Origin: Thermoproteota archaeon | Lineage (GTDB): Archaea; Korarchaeota; Korarchaeia; Korarchaeales; Korarchaeaceae | Direction of reading: 5' to 3' | Assembly (NCBI GenBank): GCA_015522685.1 | Contig: WALU01000023.1 | Location: 1 to 10,445 of the forward strand | Length of the DNA: 10,445 bases | Shown: piece by piece, positions 6,266 through 10,445 of the stretch | How positions within the stretch are numbered: position 1 is the first letter of the stretch | How the letters are laid out: each line of letters begins with the position of its first letter | Made by a program: the position numbers and the translations under genes | The notes under the pieces: generated by a model | Seen by the model: the letters and a program-made list of their open reading frames with translations, nothing else | Told to the model about the DNA's origin: nothing | Database searches by the model: none

Positions 6266-6766
6266 ATGGAGAAAATAAAGAGAAGGATGTTCCTCTGGCT
6301 TACTGCGATAGCATTAGCCTTCATTGCTGGTTATTTATTGGATGTGGTTTATCCTTACAAGCTCCCCATTTACTTGAGGATGCTTGGTCTGCTAGGTATA
6401 ATAATAGCAGCATTATTACTTAGGATCTCTGGCAGGATGCTAAAGAGATTTGGAGAGCCGGAAGAGTGGGGCTGGACTACTAAGCTTGTGACACATAGCG
6501 TATACTCCTGCGTAAGGCACCCTCACCATTTCGGCATAGGGCTATTCGTGACATCGCTCGGGTTGCTAATCGGAGGCTATTTCACATTCCTCTTGTCCAC
6601 AGTAACAATATGGATCACAATAATAGTCTTCCTGCTTAGGGTAGAAGAAGTAGAACTGAAGGAGAAGTTTGGGAGCCAGTATGAGGAGTATAGCAAGAGG
6701 GTTCCCATGATCGTTCCTAAGCCGATCTGCTTGATCAAGGAGTTGATTCATCCATCCGTTCGCTAG
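6266..6766 (+). CDS. Isoprenylcysteine carboxylmethyltransferase (ICMT/Ste14/PEMT) family membrane methyltransferase
   Basis: KLVTHSVYSCVRHPHH and EEVELKEKFGSQYEEYSKRVP motifs with about four TM segments. Confidence 0.9.
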   Translation: MEKIKRRMFLWLTAIALAFIAGYLLDVVYPYKLPIYLRMLGLLGIIIAALLLRISGRMLKRFGEPEEWGWTTKLVTHSVYSCVRHPHHFGIGLFVTSLGLLIGGYFTFLLSTVTIWITIIVFLLRVEEVELKEKFGSQYEEYSKRVPMIVPKPICLIKELIHPSVR

Positions 6767-6840
6767 CTAGCTGAAATGTGAAGGAAGGAGTGTACTCTCT
6801 TATTAAGTGGTTCTAAGTGAAATTTCTGGTGATAAGGTAG

Positions 6841-7548
6841 GTGAAGTATAAGATACTAGGAGATAACCTACAGGTTGTCCTGATAGAGCTCTCTCCTGGC
6901 GAAAAGGTGTACGCCGAAGCTGGAGCCCTAAATCACATGTCAGGAAACGTAAGGATGAATACAAAAGCTAAGGGTGGACTTGGAGCCAGTCTCAGAAGGG
7001 CTATCTCAGGTGAGACATTCTTTGTAACTGAATTTTCGGCGGAGGGAGGTCCAGGCATAATCTCGTTCTCAGGAACCGCGCCAGGCAAGATAGCAGTCCT
7101 AGAGTTAGATGGTATAAAGGAATACTTAGTACAGAGAGGTGGCTTCCTCGCTGCAGAGGATGGGGTTGAGGTCACTGCAGGCATGGCTAAGAAGTTAGGC
7201 GCTGCTCTATTTGGTGGGGAGGGACTTATAATGGAGAGAGTTCGTGGAAGGGGAAAGGTATTCGTACATGCTGCTGGAGATTTTATAGAGTATGATCTAG
7301 CTCCAGATGAAGTTATAAAGGTGGATACAGGCAATTTAGTTGCGCTAGAGGATTCAGTAGATTTCGATATTCAGAGAGTTGGGGGAATAAAGTCTATCCT
7401 GTTCAGCGGAGAGGGTCTATTCTTTGCAGCGCTGCATGGACCAGGGAAGGCAATACTTCAATCCATGAACATATCTGCTTTAGCCAGAGAGATAGCTAGG
7501 CATATACCACAATCTGAAGGTAGTAGATTCACCTTCTCATGGAGCTGA
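6841..7548 (+). CDS. AIM24 / TIGR00266 family protein
   Basis: YKILGDNLQVVLIELSPGEKVYAEAGA, SGETFF, FGGEGL, VDTGNLVA, SGEGLFFAALHGPGKAILQSM. GTG start preceded by a GGTGA SD motif. Confidence 0.95.
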   Translation: MKYKILGDNLQVVLIELSPGEKVYAEAGALNHMSGNVRMNTKAKGGLGASLRRAISGETFFVTEFSAEGGPGIISFSGTAPGKIAVLELDGIKEYLVQRGGFLAAEDGVEVTAGMAKKLGAALFGGEGLIMERVRGRGKVFVHAAGDFIEYDLAPDEVIKVDTGNLVALEDSVDFDIQRVGGIKSILFSGEGLFFAALHGPGKAILQSMNISALAREIARHIPQSEGSRFTFSWS

Positions 7549-7862
7549 AGCCCATGCGAGGGAGAGATGTCTTTGCTCTTATTATTTTAGTGTTTATAGG
7601 GGCTATGGTGGGAGGGATAGCCTTCTGGTTTATCCTGCAGTATCTGCCCCTGATAGTAGCGTTGATTCTCGCTTTCATTGTAGCCTTCGTGATAATAGTC
7701 GCTATATCGGCCTTTATTGAATTCTTCGCAGCAGCAGTCGGTGCTCTGTATTATTTGCTGATTAAGAAGCCTCAAATAGCTAGCGGGTCAATGGGCATAG
7801 AGGATACTAGGAAGATAGATAAAGAGAGGGGAACATTCAAGCGGGAAGATGCTGATGAATAG
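7539..7862 (+). CDS. Hypothetical membrane protein, coupled to AIM24
   Basis: About 65-residue hydrophobic stretch followed by a charged tail. Overlaps the AIM24 stop by 10 nt. Alternative ATG at 7554. Confidence 0.75.
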   Translation: MELKPMRGRDVFALIILVFIGAMVGGIAFWFILQYLPLIVALILAFIVAFVIIVAISAFIEFFAAAVGALYYLLIKKPQIASGSMGIEDTRKIDKERGTFKREDADE

Positions 7863-7869
7863 AGTTAAT

Positions 7870-7897
7870 TAAGATTCATCAGAATCTTAGGATTTTT
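7870..7897. terminator. Putative terminator hairpin between convergent genes
   Basis: Perfect 8-bp arms TAAGATTC-ATCA-GAATCTTA (7870-7889), followed by T-runs on the + strand, in the 33-nt gap between stops at 7862 and 7896. Confidence 0.5.
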
Positions 7898-8333
7898 ATT
7901 TTTCTTCCCTGCCCGTGAAGTATTCTACGAAGGGAAGGATCACTCCAGGTACTGTGAAGAAAAGAAATATTTCCCATAATATTGGCGATATATCAAGCAT
8001 TATAATAATTGGTCCTCCATAGTCTAGGGATGCTCTGATAACTCCTCCATCCATGAAGTAAAGTACTACTTCAAATCCAAGGATTGATTCCAGCGCTCTT
8101 ATCAGAGGAGAATATATAGTCCCTTTCAGAGCGGTAGCAGCTAGGGAAAGACCTATAAAGAGAAGCATTATAATCGTTAGATTACCCTCTGTCTGCATCA
8201 GTTTAATCTGCGGTAATCCTCCTAAGAACTTGTCGACTAGAATCGGGATGAGTAGAGTGAAGAGTAGCCAGTAATAGAGCCCCCAGAGGATCCCTCCTAA
8301 TGCAACATCCAAGATTCTCTTCTTCCAGTTCAA
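7896..8333 (-). CDS. Hypothetical ~4-TM membrane protein (gene 3 of operon)
   Basis: Four hydrophobic segments. TTG start overlaps the upstream TGA (TTGA) and is preceded by a GGTGAGG SD motif. Confidence 0.85.
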   Translation of the reverse strand: MNWKKRILDVALGGILWGLYYWLLFTLLIPILVDKFLGGLPQIKLMQTEGNLTIIMLLFIGLSLAATALKGTIYSPLIRALESILGFEVVLYFMDGGVIRASLDYGGPIIIMLDISPILWEIFLFFTVPGVILPFVEYFTGREEK

Positions 8334-8719
8334 CTTCCCTCACCAACTGTTCTACTTATTGATAGCGGGAATATACCTCCTATCTTAGCTTCCATCTTGA
8401 CTGCCACTTCACTAATTTTTCTTGGAAGTCGACTAGCATCTACCTTGATGGTCAGAATACTTCCATTCATCATTAGAGGGGAAGATGCTCTTCTTGTAAT
8501 CTTCCTACCTCCTCCCTTTAAAGTAAGGAAGAGAGAGACGTCCGTAAGCTCAATGCTTCCTCTATAGTCAAATATGAGAACAAGACTACTGTCTTCAATT
8601 CTTGTAAAGATCCTAGATTTTCCATTATGGAGGTCCATAACGAAGGCTATTAGAGGATAGCTCACGCCCAACAGGAAGAGGAATCCTACCACTAGCAGGG
8701 CTGCTTTAAGCTCCTTCAC
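8330..8719 (-). CDS. Hypothetical protein with N-terminal TM anchor and beta-rich soluble domain (gene 2 of operon)
   Basis: N-terminal hydrophobic helix, then alternating beta-strand patterns (LVLIFDY, LTDVSLFLTL, LTIKVD, VAVKMEAKI). GTG start with AGGAGG upstream and a 14-nt overlap. Confidence 0.82.
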   Translation of the reverse strand: MKELKAALLVVGFLFLLGVSYPLIAFVMDLHNGKSRIFTRIEDSSLVLIFDYRGSIELTDVSLFLTLKGGGRKITRRASSPLMMNGSILTIKVDASRLPRKISEVAVKMEAKIGGIFPLSISRTVGEGS

Positions 8720-8993
8720 TTTCCTTTCCTCCTTTCTTGAGCAGAGAAACAGAATGCTTTATGAGAGTAGCTCCCGCAGCCAAAGCCATTCCTAGGAAGG
8801 CTATTTTGAAGAGAAGTTCCATTAAGAGATCACTGCTCTGCGTAAGTGCACCTAGTATATCTTTAGCTCCCTTCAATTGGACACTGACGTTCATGTATTC
8901 ATATAGAGAGAAGAAGAATACTACTATTATCATGAGAAGCCCCGCGACTAGGAGGAGAATCCCACTTCTATAGCTATCGTCCTGCAGAGTCAT
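8706..8993 (-). CDS. Hypothetical 2-TM membrane protein (gene 1 of operon)
   Basis: Two hydrophobic helices flanking a ~30-aa loop, coupled to the next gene. Confidence 0.82.
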   Translation of the reverse strand: MTLQDDSYRSGILLLVAGLLMIIVVFFFSLYEYMNVSVQLKGAKDILGALTQSSDLLMELLFKIAFLGMALAAGATLIKHSVSLLKKGGKESEGA

Positions 8994-9124
8994 AGATAAA
9001 TGAGAGAATCTAGAGCGTTAAAACATTCTCGGTGATCATTGGAGTCAATAGCTCTTTTCCTTAGAAATAGTATATTTCATCAATTGAAGGGAAACTTCAA
9101 ATTTAGGCGATCCTTGATGGATAG

Positions 9125-9541
9125 ATGAGAAGCATAAAGGTGGCTCTAGGTGTGGATGATGACGCAAAGCTGAGTGAGGAACACTTTGGAGATTCTAAGC
9201 ACTACCTTATCTATGAGGTCAGGGAAGATGGAACCTACAGGCTCATTGAGAAGCGACTTAATAGGGTTAGGGAGATGGAAGAAAAGGAGCATGGTGATCC
9301 AAGGAAATTTAAGGCAATAGACGATCTTCTGGAGGATGTAGATGTTTTCCTCGCCGGTAGAATGGGACCTAATTTCCTGAGAGTATCTAAGTCGAGGCAT
9401 TACCCTATGGTTGTCGGAAGGAAAACCGTGAAAGAGGCTCTTTCTATATTGATAGATAAGTTAGAGAACGTTGTGGTTGAAGTAGAGAGGAGGAGATCTC
9501 TCATTAAACGAAATAGGCCCTCTGGTAAACAAATTGATTAG
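9125..9541 (+). CDS. NifB/NifX-family (Nitro_FeMo-Co / MTH1175-like) protein
   Basis: IKVALG...SEEHFGDSKHYLIYEV, EHGDPRK and DVDVFLAGRMGPN match the family pattern. Confidence 0.88.
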   Translation: MRSIKVALGVDDDAKLSEEHFGDSKHYLIYEVREDGTYRLIEKRLNRVREMEEKEHGDPRKFKAIDDLLEDVDVFLAGRMGPNFLRVSKSRHYPMVVGRKTVKEALSILIDKLENVVVEVERRRSLIKRNRPSGKQID

Positions 9542-9593
9542 ATTGTTTCATTTTAATCTAGTTAGAAGCTAGTTAGCGCTTTAGGCCTGAAAT

Positions 9594-9611
9594 TAAGTAA
9601 GTAAGTAAGTA
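9594..9611 (+). repeat. (TAAG)4.5 microsatellite
   Basis: TAAGTAAGTAAGTAAGTA in the intergenic region. Confidence 0.75.
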
Positions 9612-9839
9612 GAATTACCTAAAGCTATGAGCCCTTACTCTATTTCTCTCCTTTTAGAAACTTAAGTATGCAAAATCTTATATTAGCTAGATGAGTTTAG
9701 TAAGAGCTGATTACCTCATAGAATTGAATTGCAGATCTACTAATATGCTGTGTGGTACTCCAAACAGGCACATTCATGGAAGAAGCATGAATCTCCATTA
9801 CGGCGATAGTTTACATAGGTTACGTCTCTTTTTATTTTT

Positions 9840-9872
9840 TATATCCGATATATTAGATATATTTAAATAAAA
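9840..9872 (+). promoter_or_regulatory. Imperfect 22-bp palindrome immediately upstream of a TATA box
   Basis: TATATC-CG-ATATAT-TA-GATATA (9840-9861; 18 of 22 positions symmetric) followed by TTTAAATA, about 25-30 nt before 9894. Confidence 0.45.
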
Positions 9873-9917
9873 CAGATATCATTATAACATGGGGTGTTCC
9901 CCTTGGTAGAGGAAGAG

Positions 9918-10229
9918 ATGGGTAAGTATGGTCTGTGGACTACCTTTATAGGAGCTATTTTGATCTTAATAGACGGAATAGCTGCTGCTACAATTGGAAG
10001 CATATATGGCTTCTATGCATATGGTGGAGCAGTTACCACTGGCTGGGTAGAGATAATATTGAGCCTGATAATGTTCAGTTTGCTATACTACTATAGCAGA
10101 AGTCCAGCAGCTGTGGGCTGGACAGAAGTGATCCTTGCTCTAATAACTCTCCCCTTCGATGGAGGATTCTGGACAGTAGGAGCATGGATAGCTCTTATAG
10201 GCGGCATACTCATAGCATATAGAAAGTAA
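9918..10229 (+). CDS. Small ~4-TM membrane protein of unknown function
   Basis: Four short Gly-rich hydrophobic helices ending GGFWTVGAWIALIGGILIAYRK. ATG 9918 follows GAGGAAG; GTG 9894 is an alternative start. Confidence 0.82.
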   Translation: MGKYGLWTTFIGAILILIDGIAAATIGSIYGFYAYGGAVTTGWVEIILSLIMFSLLYYYSRSPAAVGWTEVILALITLPFDGGFWTVGAWIALIGGILIAYRK

Positions 10230-10251
10230 AAGTCGGCTCAGTAACCTCTAC

Positions 10252-10268
10252 TTTTTCCTTTCTTTTTT
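10252..10268 (+). terminator. Archaeal pyrimidine/oligo-T terminator
   Basis: TTTTTCCTTTCTTTTTT beginning about 22 nt after the stop at 10229. Confidence 0.5.
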
Positions 10269-10291
10269 AGAGGCCATAGAGACGATCAATA

Positions 10292-10445
10292 ATGTCAAAG
10301 GAAGAAAAGCACTTCGTTGATCTCATAGAAAGGTTGATGGTTAGATGGGGATATAAGCATGTGGAAGGAAGGATATATGGCTTCCTCCTAGTGAGTGAGA
10401 ATTCTCTTTCTATAGCAGATTTAGTGAGGCTTACCGGGATGAGTA
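10292..10445 (+). CDS. GbsR/MarR-family wHTH transcriptional regulator (5' part; absent from ORF track)
   Basis: Manual translation MSKEEKHFVDLIERLMVRWGYKHVEGRIYGFLLVSENSLSIADLVRLTGMS matches the WG...GRIYG.L...LS..DL...TG.S N-terminal pattern of the GbsR family. Confidence 0.85.
   Translation, partial: MSKEEKHFVDLIERLMVRWGYKHVEGRIYGFLLVSENSLSIADLVRLTGMS

Noticed and set aside
5426-9400. Track ORFs 5426-5608(+), 6566-6751(-), 6933-7334(-), 7587-7775(-), 8737-8973(+), 9146-9400(-)
   Set aside because: They overlap better-supported genes in other frames or strands and lack family signatures.
1-10445. CRISPR array, tRNA, rRNA, IS element
   Set aside because: No regularly spaced repeats, cloverleaf motifs or transposase-like ORFs seen by eye.

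Overview
AT-rich, gene-dense window from an archaeon, probably a thermophilic TACK-type lineage (inferred from AGG/ATA/CTA codon use, TATA boxes about 25-30 nt before starts, GGTGA-type SD motifs and archaeal gene families). The left ~3.9 kb is a decaying accessory patch with remains of three toxin-antitoxin loci: an RHH/VapB-type antitoxin N-terminus fused in frame to a class I SAM methyltransferase, an MNT antitoxin whose HEPN partner is internally deleted, and an intact AbrB-VapC pair. It also holds an ABC-2 permease pseudogene, a GDPD phosphodiesterase and a degraded methyltransferase. The right part has intact genes: a stand-alone dihydrolipoamide-dehydrogenase-like disulfide reductase, DUF1614, an ICMT/Ste14-family methyltransferase, AIM24 plus a membrane protein, a coupled three-gene membrane operon of unknown function, a NifB/NifX-family protein, a small membrane protein and the start of a GbsR/MarR regulator. 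No rRNA, tRNA, CRISPR array or transposase was recognised. The most novel-looking feature is the antitoxin-methyltransferase chimera, which seems to retain the antitoxin promoter and operator. All family calls come from motif recognition by eye, not database searches.
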